Below are positions 43,501 to 49,869 of a DNA stretch of 64,000 nt, one piece after another. Made by a program: the position numbers and the translations under genes. Each line of letters begins with the position of its first letter. The first letter of the stretch is position 1. The notes beneath the pieces are model-generated. The model searched no databases and was not told where the DNA came from. It was given only the letters and a program-made list of their open reading frames with translations. Source of the stretch: Thermoanaerobaculia bacterium (GTDB lineage: Bacteria > Acidobacteriota > Thermoanaerobaculia > Multivoradales > UBA5704); the NCBI GenBank assembly GCA_044226625.1, contig JBGAGQ010000002.1, positions 32,001-96,000 on the forward strand. The letters are read 5' to 3'.

Positions 43501-46500
43501 TCAATCCGCTGTCGGCGGCCGACGGCGCGGCCGATCCCGACGGCGACGGCCTCGCAAACCTCGAGGAGGCGACCGCCCGGACCGATCCCCACGTCGCCGA
43601 CACCGACGGCGACGGTCTCTTGGACGGCGCCGAGGTCCATACCCATGCGACCGATCCGACGAAAGCCGACACCGACACGGACGGTCTCCGCGATGGGCGC
43701 GAGATCGAGCTCGGCACGAACCCGAAGCTCGCCGACACCGACGGCGGCGGGGCGACCGACGGCGAAGAGATCGAGGACGGCACCGATCCCCTGGTCGCCG
43801 CCGACGACGCGGGCGCGATCGTGCTCGATCCGGACGTCGCCGATCCGATCGCGCAAGGAGCGTCCGCCGCGGTCGACCGCGACAGAAACGTGCATCTGAT
43901 CTGGCACGACCAGAACTCCTGCGCCTTCCGGTATTCGCTGCGCGACCGCCTCGGCCGGGCGAAGATCGCCGCCACCACGCTGACCCAGACGTGCAACGGG
44001 AGCAAGCCGTCGTTAGCGATCGACGGCCGCGGGGTCGTCCACCTCACCTGGTCGGAAGACGACGGCGGAGGCACCGCGCGTCTCTGGTACGCCCGGGTCG
44101 ACCCCTCGCGCGACGACCGCGACGGCTCGGCCGCGGACCCGGCGGCGATCCTCACGATCGCGCCCCGCTGGGTCGCGGCCGCCCCGGCCGCGACGAGCAG
44201 CGACCTGCGACCGATCGTGGTCGCCGACGACGTCGGCGTATCCCACGTCGCTTGGTTCGAAGAGCGGAGGGAGCGCAACGCCGAGGGAAGCTTCCTCACC
44301 CGGGACTTCCTCCACGCGACGCGGATCTCCGCGGGCACGAGGCTAGAGATCTCCGACCGTCTCCTGGACGTCGCGCCCTATTTCGATACCGCTCGCTTCG
44401 CTGCGGCTCTGGACGACGGCGGCGACCTGCATCTCGCGACCGGTTCCTATCGCGCTCCGGACTCGCAGGAGGCGATGCCAGGACTTTGGTACTGGATGCT
44501 GGACGGCCGGTCCAACGAGCTCAAGATCGCCGCGACCCGGCTCGTCGTTGAAGACACGCCGGCGGGCCTCGCGCGGCTTCTCGCGCGCGGCGACCGAGTG
44601 AGCGCGGTCTTCCGCTCCGGCTCGGACTCCCGGCAGGTCCTGCGCGTCGAGGTCGAGCCGGGACGCGACGATCGGAGCGGCGACGCCGCGGATCCCAGCG
44701 TGATCGTCGTCTCTGGCCCCACCGAGCTGCCGAGTCCCGAGCCGGGACCGACGACGGCCGGCACGGGCCTCGCCGGCGCGGCGTTCGACCGCGACGGCGC
44801 GGCGTACCTCGCGTTCAATTCCTCCGACCTTTTCGACAACAGTTCTGTCGACCTCCTGGCCGAGGCGCTCGGGAGCGACGGCTCGACGCTGTTCCCGGCA
44901 CGCTCGGTCCGTCGCCGCGCGGTCTATCTCGGGGGCGAGGAGATCTCCGGCGCGGCGGTGGCGGGGACCTGTTACGTACCGTGGGTCCGCCGCGAGCCGA
45001 CGTTCGAGAACCGGCTGGTCCTCTCGGTGGTGAACCCCGATGCCGACGGCGACGGCCTCGCGAACCTCGGCGAAGAAACCGCGGGGACCGACCCGCGCGC
45101 GGTAGACACCGATCACGACGGCCTACGCGACGGTTTCGAGGTCCGCTACGCCTTCAACCCGCTCGCCGCGGGGGAGGCCGGTGGGGATCCCGACGCCGAC
45201 GCGCTCACCAACGCCCAGGAGCAGGCGGCCGGCACGGATCCGCGCCGCGCCGACACGGACGGCGACGGCCTCTCGGACGGCCAGGAGGTCAATGTCCTCC
45301 ACACCGATCCGACCCGGCGCGATACCGACCGCGACGGGCTGGACGACCGCGACGAGACTTTGCGCGGGAGCGATCCGAACGACGTCGACAGCGACGGCGA
45401 CGGACTTCCCGACGGCGTGGAGGTCGAGCGCGGAACGAATCCGACTTCGCCCGCCGACGGCGCCTTCGACGAGGACGGCGACGGCCTCTCGGCAGGGGAG
45501 GAGTACGCCGCCGGGACCGATCCGACGGCCCCCGACACGGACCACGACGGTCTCTCGGACGGCGACGAGGTCCACGTCCATCACACCGATCCGACGCTCG
45601 ACGACAGCGACCGCGACGGCCTCGCGGACGCCTATGAGATCGCGACGTCCCACACCGACCCGAACCTCTGGGACGGCGACGGCGGGGGCCGGAGCGACGG
45701 GCAGGAAGTCCGCTTCGACGGCACGAATCCGAGCGTCGCGGGCGACGACCTCGCGGCGACTTGGATCAACGAGTATCCGTACGTCTATGGCCAGACCGTC
45801 GAGCGCGACGCCGCGGGTAACAGCCACGTCTTCTGGCTCGGCGGCGACTATGGGGAGCTCACATACTCGATGATCTCTCCTTCGGGCGCGACGTTGATCA
45901 ACGACACCGAGCTGTTCGACACCCAGGCCTTCCCCGACCGGCCGAAGTCGGCTGTCGGTCCGGACGGACGGCTCCACCTCGTTTGGTTCGAGCAGGAGGC
46001 GCTCCACCACCTGGCGATCGATCCGTCGCTCGACGACCGCGACGGCTCGGCGGCCGACCCGGCGACGATCCGGGTCCAGGGGCCGACGACGATCGGCGAT
46101 CCCGCGAGCACCTTCGAGCGGGTCGACGAGGAGATCGCGGTCGGTCCCGACGGTCGGGTCCATCTCGCCTGGGTCGAGCTCGCCACCCGCGGTTGCTGCG
46201 GTAACAGCGAGGCGTTCGACCAGATCCATTACCAGCAGCTCGACGCGGCGGGCAACGTCCGCCTAGCCGACCGCGCGGTGTACGAGTGCAAGGCTGTGAG
46301 GCAACAGGGAAGCGAGCAGCTCGCGCCCACGGTGGCGCCGCGAAGCCATTTTGCAAGCGGTAGTCCGACGCTTCCGAACCTGGCCGTGGCCGCCGACGGT
46401 TCGGTTCACCTTCTCTTCACCTGCGAAGGACCGACCGACGGCCAGGGTCTCCATGAGTTGATGCTCGACGGGGCGACCGGCGCCGTGAGGATCGGCGCCA

Positions 46501-47009
46501 CGAACTTGGTGCCCGCGAGCGGCGAGAACGTCGTGCGCGCCCGGGCTCGAGTCGCCGCCGACGGTTCGGTCGTGGTGACGTTCGACCGCGGTACGACCTC
46601 TCGCGAGGTCCAGTTGATCCGCTTCCAGCCGGCGCTCGACGATCGCGACGGCTCGCCGGCGAACCCAGCGACGATCGTCACCCTGGGACCGGTGACAGTG
46701 ACGCCTCGGGATGAAATTCCCTCCGACCACTCCGACCTAGCGCTCGACGCCACGGGCCGTCCGATCGTCACCTTCTTCGAGCATCCTTTCTATCGCCTGG
46801 ACTCCGGCTTGCCCAAGCTCGTGGTCGCGGAAACGAACGGAGTTCCGCTCGCGCCGCCGATCGACCTCAGCTCGAGGCAACTCGTCGAAACCGTAAGCAC
46901 CGAGGTGCTGCCGGTCTCGGCCGGCGGCTCGGGGATCTCGACCGCCATCCTCGGCTACGATCCGGACACGTTCGAGAGCCGGATCCTATTGCTGCGGTTT
47001 ACCCCCTGA
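31518..47009 (+). CDS. Giant (~5,160 aa) secreted repeat protein: TSP3-like DxDxDG Ca-binding repeats, carboxypeptidase-regulatory-like repeats, Ig domains, vWA-like, IPT/TIG, five copies of an unknown ~230-270-aa domain, two propeller-like C-terminal domains
   Basis: RBS GGAGG then GTG 31518; signal ending AAA|QLG. Dozens of 'DTDGDGLxDGxE...GTDP' units; Ig 'P.V.ITSP..G......A.A.DD..V..VE'; vWA-like 'DVILAIDNSSAS' (~37720); IPT 'LQPAAGTIGTTVQVIG...PAGAASGPVTV' (~38520-38765). Confidence 0.88.
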   Translation: MDKSTTRVDAIARAGARWATSLLVLFGLSFPAAAQLGTACTAEVLSRTVRVNADGSFFFSNLPTEDGNFRVRLTCTPDGSPVVHGATPFFQLVANQTVAVGPVAFGAVPPIPAVLELNLEKTKLTEKGERLFLGTTGILGDGTELDFSPVEMGTEFWSSDPRLANIELIPVAPGRTVAYLKANERGRVLIAARVEGVLTAVEIDLELPNDADRDGMTDEYEIAKGFNPNNPADALEDPDGDNLSNLQEFELGTDPRNTDTDADGLADDREIELGTLPTNPDSDGDGFVDSQEIDHGTNPLLGDSDGDGLLDGLEIAIESDPLVANLTTVVVGRVVDSEGVAVQGAAAAAYGRIVGTTDRGGAFTLGRVPADRGPIAVFARALRGGSALEGNSAPTAPIAGATTDVGTIQVVPMSSRVSGRVLDAFGRNAVPGVRVVARSTFDVRQTNTDATGVFTFDRMVPGMIRIEATDPRTGLRGRADVHLEPDGEAVATIVLGSFGSIEGRALGRDAVTPAGPGVIVRRMIGVNVAETTTTGADSTYRFAFVPLGGYTVETSNSQGDRGRTPVIIQATSQTVVADIAFLGRGTVNGVVETETGQPVPGAPVELSGNSIFEQRLSTFSAADGTFSLSGVFVGRFAVSATNPANGLAGTASGEIRNEADHDAVTIVVRATGTLVGTVFDFDGTTPVAGASVSVGIRSTTTDASGNYRLELLPLRGYTVSASHPTLPSCGSASTALTEPNQTVQRDITLRGTADLRVHVVYADGSPASAAALSLGGGFCTVERHGTADAQGEIVFAPLPVGSFSVEALGPIGSVRGSVSTELLPGEHGEVTIELEPVGTIAGHVFQSDGVTPVAGMTVNLVGGGRSQRSAADGSFRFDLVKVAGSPYTLQALDAQNVVLAEETGVVLHRQGELVERNLVLIPLGTVTGTVYGVDGVPKGGVVVGVSGALGRIPTRFATSDVNGIYRATRVAAVGAVTASARDALGFTGSGTGTLVGENAVATVDVHLNGEALVAELYDANNYVYPIEFPNGGVRDGELGLFNVDRKDERGGLRLELGTGGSFHRFLGNRTLVTLDRHEAIVEGDDAATGLHVKRRARVPQDGYFVRYIEELSNPTAQPITVDLRLATYMRFVANTRGSGRFFDPQAITATSSGDAELAVGGASPDRWVAFDVNLSGRAYFDEVYPSFGHVFDGPGGRVAVSTSSYDFLFGANNPIGTESYTRLLERWSNLTIPPGERALLLHFGIQETGPQAVRTAAERLVQLPPEAYEGLDASDLERVMNFAMNPAGTSTLPALPPLDGVIAGRVLEGDHATPVPGAAITYQSEHPLFQRKYVVGADSAGAYRVAGTAVNLGGRRVVPRTSFMEIARNTRTQQFTPTLRGEFPGGAPSVNLDLVFTGTGSVIGTVKRTDGNVVSFGDVVIRARQQLINLSAGLPAAGTFRFLGLPPDVYSLVATQPHPQGTGLKGAASARITGDGSEVLANITLDPVGGVFGTVRAGDGNVAPNLEVMMTSPTAPEFLRMVRTDTGGAYRFFDAPVGSYVLTVVEPITHIPSRVGVTIPENQNVAQDIELFGIGDIQVVARYSDGTPVPQGLVRLQVAPLGPNPVPVGKTDASGRLLIEDVPTGAFGIEVRHPRTPESAGSASGNLLHGGDLVTVEITVPVDHAPTVEMVSPLPGLQVVRGQSVLIQANALDDFKVASVEFAINGVKVGAVGTSPYRVTVPIDAPAGSPAEVRATAIDSGGNRTTAAVTIQVVADTHPPTVSITRPLSGTSAVEGTPVLVEAAPADDIRVARVELRANGALIKTLQGPPYQATYDVPSDLAPTATVLVPIAATVYDGAGNQQTASVILRVLPDRAPTITVTDAPADNVELPEGATIHFAATATDDVRVEVDLYLNGQKIQTRGGAPFAFNAKLPSLSAGAPNPVTYQLIARDSQGQTTAAPAIHVRIKADAPPTISLTAPADGADVIEGSTVAIDAAATDDVSLAKVELYVADEKIASLVAPPYHAAFQVASGIEGSRLEIRAVATDASGQTAEATATLTRRDDATPPAVSITSPADGASVALGATDVILAIDNSSASSVTTGVDYTGDGTAETILGAEIYAARQVLARLTPTVSRVAIVRAGVPASAYLGLTADFELVDQRLGDLLAGGTSGGSNLDTTLAVCWGELGSIRARRTASPLTILFATGGSAASEAELGRAVDAGERIHALDFGAIASPNLVAIATATGGASARVRSVADLGNALPLILSSGDQIAISADATDDVAVRAVTFSIVSADGSFDRTFVDEAPPFAASFTAPTIQQPLGLTVTATARDFGGNDVSSPPVSVTLAPGVASPQLVRLQPAAGTIGTTVQVIGRAFAPNPADDAVRFAGGTSGVPATVSSGNKFSLTVTVPAGAASGPVTVTVDGETSNGVAFSLDSDGDGLTDEQEVALGTNPNDRDTDDDGLEDGAEVNAHHTNPLLADSDGDGLNDGFEVRNGFDPLAGGEQGLDPDADGLTNLEEQTAGTDPNRADTDHDGLTDGAEVHTHHTNPTLFDTDTGGVDDGTEIQNGTNPLDSTDDAVSLPRTLRDGAGVDWQVREHMGSQGDPGDGGFAIYSSGFFVRGAFDLITDDLTNNRPRLLFGSNTLNRAIPEDGGRELRLGPVVRSGLNVSRKIFVPSDDSFVRYLEIFENPTENPVPVRAEITSKVGTEAKTEVVATSSGGTTFGLHDRFIVTDDADGTGHAAVAHVIAGPNAKSLPAEVYSTRLESAEPGDDVIDYAYRFVVPPGETRAILHFGVKNPTRAAVRTKVDQLLTLSGRALSGLSASEQAAVINFFAYADADQDGLADSDEAAHGADPGDSDSDDDELSDGFEVRYGFDPAAAGEQHLDPDGDGLDNLAEQDALADPTKADTDGDGLTDAAEVAAGTEASLADSDFDDLSDSAEISTHGTDPKRHDSDGGGVPDGPEIVGATDPQDPEDDRRVIVPPVETDGARWRWDLTSDARFRNGSDGAFADSGSVGFSGGFESSIDGLRHPSESGDQIYGEDGVREIVYAKTGYIQPKRTALWTRKIFIPKDDSFARILDIFEPPFAAPVDVELEVRSTLGSGSSTVLVKTGSGDLQFLPDDDWIVTDDLDAVGRPAIAHVLAGPTGDLRPELVSTSAPGGGQVRWTYRLHIPAGERRALLSFGVQRKTRAEALAVADRLARLAPQAPFGLAALSGLSPAEQGEIVNFFAYPDADLDRLSDADEARLGTDPNDPDTDGDGMTDGFEVSGGLDPTSPGDAHADPDGDGLDNLGEFAAHSLPNDPDTDDDGLSDGDEVLTYHSNPIVGDTDGDGLVDGVEVHTHHTSPTLADTDGGGRSDGDEVRDGTDPLNPADDFGSRALPTEMLDRDGFRWDVQKNGSILAGSLAFSGAARLEVNGLAFPEFADARTEPGGRELLIGPWRPTSGVNQGLQVTRKVFVPSDDTFARYLESIENTTDAPVVARLVVRTQERGAVQVLTTSSGDTTFDRADRWLSLDDDDGGSGDLQPPVALALAGPAARLRPDEASQSPALSTFAYEVRIPPHSRAIVMHFLTQQGSREEAAAKGADLEHLRGSARAGLEPDEPAEIENFFAFADLDFDGLADTDEATAGTDPANPDGDGDGLLDGFEARYGFDPLTAGEQHQDPDGDGLDNLAEQSAGTDPSLADTDGDGLSDGAEVSVHHTDPLDDDSDEGGRGDATEIQVDGTDPADGADDLRPATPTAFGTADGLGYRWILSETQGYVFTGPTNVFSPGSQLEVDNQSFYEPVKKPLGSPDQRLWSFGPIDLSSGLLASRKVYVPGDSGFARYVEVLENPTAGPISAVVQVNDQFSVGYSYLGTSSGDAALDAGDSWALFDDGDGSGAPAYLSLFAGPGGKVKPLFARTDVPGGSQNQFYYRITIPPGGKAALLHFLLLRGSRSDAATAASDLSRLPQTALAHLTAVDQAAIANFFAYLDSDGDLLSDDDEARLGTDPNRADTDGDGITDGYEVAHGLNPLSAADGAADPDGDGLANLEEATARTDPHVADTDGDGLLDGAEVHTHATDPTKADTDTDGLRDGREIELGTNPKLADTDGGGATDGEEIEDGTDPLVAADDAGAIVLDPDVADPIAQGASAAVDRDRNVHLIWHDQNSCAFRYSLRDRLGRAKIAATTLTQTCNGSKPSLAIDGRGVVHLTWSEDDGGGTARLWYARVDPSRDDRDGSAADPAAILTIAPRWVAAAPAATSSDLRPIVVADDVGVSHVAWFEERRERNAEGSFLTRDFLHATRISAGTRLEISDRLLDVAPYFDTARFAAALDDGGDLHLATGSYRAPDSQEAMPGLWYWMLDGRSNELKIAATRLVVEDTPAGLARLLARGDRVSAVFRSGSDSRQVLRVEVEPGRDDRSGDAADPSVIVVSGPTELPSPEPGPTTAGTGLAGAAFDRDGAAYLAFNSSDLFDNSSVDLLAEALGSDGSTLFPARSVRRRAVYLGGEEISGAAVAGTCYVPWVRREPTFENRLVLSVVNPDADGDGLANLGEETAGTDPRAVDTDHDGLRDGFEVRYAFNPLAAGEAGGDPDADALTNAQEQAAGTDPRRADTDGDGLSDGQEVNVLHTDPTRRDTDRDGLDDRDETLRGSDPNDVDSDGDGLPDGVEVERGTNPTSPADGAFDEDGDGLSAGEEYAAGTDPTAPDTDHDGLSDGDEVHVHHTDPTLDDSDRDGLADAYEIATSHTDPNLWDGDGGGRSDGQEVRFDGTNPSVAGDDLAATWINEYPYVYGQTVERDAAGNSHVFWLGGDYGELTYSMISPSGATLINDTELFDTQAFPDRPKSAVGPDGRLHLVWFEQEALHHLAIDPSLDDRDGSAADPATIRVQGPTTIGDPASTFERVDEEIAVGPDGRVHLAWVELATRGCCGNSEAFDQIHYQQLDAAGNVRLADRAVYECKAVRQQGSEQLAPTVAPRSHFASGSPTLPNLAVAADGSVHLLFTCEGPTDGQGLHELMLDGATGAVRIGATNLVPASGENVVRARARVAADGSVVVTFDRGTTSREVQLIRFQPALDDRDGSPANPATIVTLGPVTVTPRDEIPSDHSDLALDATGRPIVTFFEHPFYRLDSGLPKLVVAETNGVPLAPPIDLSSRQLVETVSTEVLPVSAGGSGISTAILGYDPDTFESRILLLRFTP

Positions 47010-47018
47010 TTTGCCTTC

Positions 47019-47044
47019 GTGGGCCGGGCCACCGCCCGGCTCAC
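47019..47044. terminator. Hairpin between convergent genes (probable bidirectional terminator)
   Basis: gtgggccgggc-cacc-gcccggctcac, 11-bp stem with one G:U, lying between stops at 47009 and 47067. Confidence 0.6.
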
Positions 47045-47066
47045 CTTGGCGCAAAGGGGGGCGGGG

Positions 47067-49607
47067 TCAGGGACAGGGAACGTTGACGTTGAACGGTTCC
47101 CACTCCTGTGCGACGAGCAGGGAGTCCTTTTCCGTACTGCCGTTGGCGAACGTTGCGCCGCCGCCCAGGCTGAGATGATAGAGGCCGGATCCGCTCGGCA
47201 AGGAATCACGAAAGACCACAAGGGAGATCTGGCCGCAGGCATTCGCGGGGAAATTGCACTGCGCCGCTCCCGCCGTGGTCTGGCAGAACTCCGGTTGGGT
47301 GACGCTGGCGATGTGAAGCGTCAGATGCCCGGAAGCCGTGGTCGCCGAAACGATGCCCTCCGGAATGACCACGATGTCGGACTTGGTGGATAACACCTCT
47401 TCGTCGTTGAGGAGCGAAAGCTCGGCGGGATAGCGACCCGGCGACGAAAAGCTGTGAGTGATCGAGGTCGGGGACGGCAGCGCTATCTGCTCGCCGTCGA
47501 TCGTCCATCGGTACGTGTCGACGAGATGTACCAAGTCCGAGCTCGCCCGCGGATCGAGCTTCACCACGACTTGCGGGTAGGCGGACACCAACGTGGCGAC
47601 GGAAAAGCGAGCGACCGGACTCCAGGAAGGAGCGCCGCTCACCAACTGAAAGATCTCCGAGCGCGCCTCGAACTCGCGAGCCGTTCCGCACTGTACGAGA
47701 AGGTTGGCGCCGAGGTTCGGAAGGCCGGGCGGCAACTGAACCCGCACTCCGTCGGCAAATGACTGTACCCCGGCGAGAAGGATGGGCGCCCGGCCCGGTA
47801 TCTCCAGCGAAACCGTGGGCGGATCGCAGCGCACCGTCGATAGGGGAGCGGTGCCATCGAACGACCAAACCACCGTCCGCTGGGTCCCCGAGAGCCATCG
47901 GGCGAGCGGCGAAGGATGGTCGATCTGAAAGGGACCCAAGGGATCGACGACGACTTCGACCTTGGAAAACGCAAAGCCTCCCTGGCCGTTTCGCGCCGTG
48001 ATCCAGAAATTCATCGTCCCACCGGGGGGAGGAGGCAGCTCGCCGTCTTCGGGATGTGCCGGATCTTTCGGAAACGTCCGGCGCTCCGCCGCTTCCGCCG
48101 GAAACGAGCGAAACAGGGGAGGTGCTCCGTAGTCGTGCTGTTCCCAGGTATAGGTCACATTGCCCCCTGTTGCGCTCTTCTCCAGGGCAAAGGCCATCCC
48201 CTTGGGGATCGTGATCCTCTCGGGAGTTCCCGTCGGCGCGAACTGAGGGGGGCTGATCGACGAAAGGACCTGACCGCAGCCCGACCCGGACGCGGTGGAA
48301 ACGTGATTGCGGATCGATTCCAGGCTGTCGGCGTGGAAGTATAGGTCGGGGAAACACTGCAGGGTGTCCGGTGCCAGGCAGCGGCCGGCATAACTCATGA
48401 TCGTCGAGCCGCCAAGCGGTTCGAAGGCGGTCAAGGCATTGACGCTCCCCTCGCAATAGGAGTCCGAGGCGTGGAACGTGTGCTGGGCTCCCAACTGGTG
48501 GCCCATTTCATGGAGGAAGGCGTGGAAGAAGCGGTCGCGCGTCGAGTCCCAGCCGGTTGCATCGGGATCGTCGGGGGCTCCAGTGGTGACTCCATATGCC
48601 TTGTAGTACGGGGAGCCACAAACGCCGACGCCCGACAAGCCCGCCGAGGCATTGCAATCGCCGGTTCCACAAGGCTTCGAGAAGGCATGCCCGAGATCGT
48701 ATCCGTCGGGACCCAGCACGCCGGGATGATCCAGGTACGATTGGTTCTTGGTAAAGAGATCTTGTTGGCAAGCTACTAGATCGGCAGGAGTCGAGCACTC
48801 CGGAAGTTGGAGCCGAATCGCCGAACGGCGTAAGGAAATCCCGAGCTGTTGCTCGAAGATCATGCTCGCCTGACTCAGTAGGGACGCCATCAGCCGCACC
48901 GTATGGGCCCGCGACCCGAGGGGGTTATAGAACGAGGGGGTCGCCGACAGGGCGACTCGAATCTCTCGCCGATCGGACGACATGGAGATTTCTTCGCGAG
49001 AGATCTCGCCGATCCGCTCGATCCCCGAATCTTGTGGGGTCGAACAGTAAAAAGGTAGAACGGTTGCCGTTCCGGAAGGCTTGGAGCCCGGAAGGTAGCG
49101 GGTCATTCGAGAGAGACCCGGATCGTCGCGATCGGAATCGATGCGGGTGGAACGCCCCTTCGCGAGGACCATCCCGGAGAAACCCGAGTCCCAAAGGACC
49201 AGGTCAGCCCTCTCGTCGGGCCGATCGAGACCAACCCCCCTGAAAGTACGGATCTCTGGAAATTCGGCGGCCGCCGAATCGGCAAGGATCGAGGTGCGAA
49301 CGAAGGCGAACCGGTGGCGGCCGCCGTCCCAATCGGGGAGCGCGATCACGAGAGCGTCCTTCGAGCCCTGTCCCGACTCGAGCGGAGCGAAATCGAGCCG
49401 GCGAGAGAGCTCCGAGGAATCGACCCGAAAGAGTACGAGGGATCGAGGCCCGGGGGCGCTCTCGACCCTCCCCGCGCCGGGCGCTTCGACGAAGAGGTCC
49501 GCGGGCTCCGGGCTCGAAGCCGCGATTGGAATCGGCATCGAGAGAACGAAAAAGGCGGCGAGCCAGCCGATCGCCGAAGGAAGACGTGAGGCAGACATGG
49601 TTTCCAT
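47067..49607 (-). CDS. Secreted reprolysin-like (M12B/metzincin) zinc metallopeptidase with prodomain and PKD-like C-terminal domain
   Basis: RBS GGGAGAAG before ATG 49607; signal peptide; 'HEMGHQLGAQH' zinc motif; Met-turn 'STIMSY'; 'YDLGHAF'; 'TYTWEQHD...PLFRS'. Confidence 0.88.
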   Translation of the reverse strand: METMSASRLPSAIGWLAAFFVLSMPIPIAASSPEPADLFVEAPGAGRVESAPGPRSLVLFRVDSSELSRRLDFAPLESGQGSKDALVIALPDWDGGRHRFAFVRTSILADSAAAEFPEIRTFRGVGLDRPDERADLVLWDSGFSGMVLAKGRSTRIDSDRDDPGLSRMTRYLPGSKPSGTATVLPFYCSTPQDSGIERIGEISREEISMSSDRREIRVALSATPSFYNPLGSRAHTVRLMASLLSQASMIFEQQLGISLRRSAIRLQLPECSTPADLVACQQDLFTKNQSYLDHPGVLGPDGYDLGHAFSKPCGTGDCNASAGLSGVGVCGSPYYKAYGVTTGAPDDPDATGWDSTRDRFFHAFLHEMGHQLGAQHTFHASDSYCEGSVNALTAFEPLGGSTIMSYAGRCLAPDTLQCFPDLYFHADSLESIRNHVSTASGSGCGQVLSSISPPQFAPTGTPERITIPKGMAFALEKSATGGNVTYTWEQHDYGAPPLFRSFPAEAAERRTFPKDPAHPEDGELPPPPGGTMNFWITARNGQGGFAFSKVEVVVDPLGPFQIDHPSPLARWLSGTQRTVVWSFDGTAPLSTVRCDPPTVSLEIPGRAPILLAGVQSFADGVRVQLPPGLPNLGANLLVQCGTAREFEARSEIFQLVSGAPSWSPVARFSVATLVSAYPQVVVKLDPRASSDLVHLVDTYRWTIDGEQIALPSPTSITHSFSSPGRYPAELSLLNDEEVLSTKSDIVVIPEGIVSATTASGHLTLHIASVTQPEFCQTTAGAAQCNFPANACGQISLVVFRDSLPSGSGLYHLSLGGGATFANGSTEKDSLLVAQEWEPFNVNVPCP

Positions 49608-49718
49608 GGACTTCTCCCTGAGCGTCATGAGGCTCCTCGTGGAGCCTCGCGGTGTCCTGCTCAAGGTTGATCCCGGCCCCGACCGAAAGGGTTAGATAGG
49701 CCCCGCTCCACCGCTGTA

Positions 49719-49750
49719 ACACCCTTGCCAAAAAATTCGCCGAAGGGTGT
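49719..49750. promoter_or_regulatory. Inverted repeat in divergent promoter region (possible operator)
   Basis: acaccctt-N16-aagggtgt around an A-tract, between the divergent starts at 49607 and 49870. Confidence 0.3.
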
Positions 49751-49869
49751 AGGGCACCTCGGCGCGCGGAGCGTTTCGTGGATCGGATTCGCGGAAGCGC
49801 TCGGCGGCGAAAGGATCGATCGAACCGCATCGATCGAGCCGCTTGGGGGCTCGCCTGAAAGGACGGCCG

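Noticed and set aside
38770-45750. Recurrent gacaccgacggcgacggcctc-like DNA repeats as a possible CRISPR or DNA repeat array
   Set aside because: In-frame, synonymously varied codons for DTDGDGL protein repeats; no fixed repeat-spacer periodicity and no cas genes.
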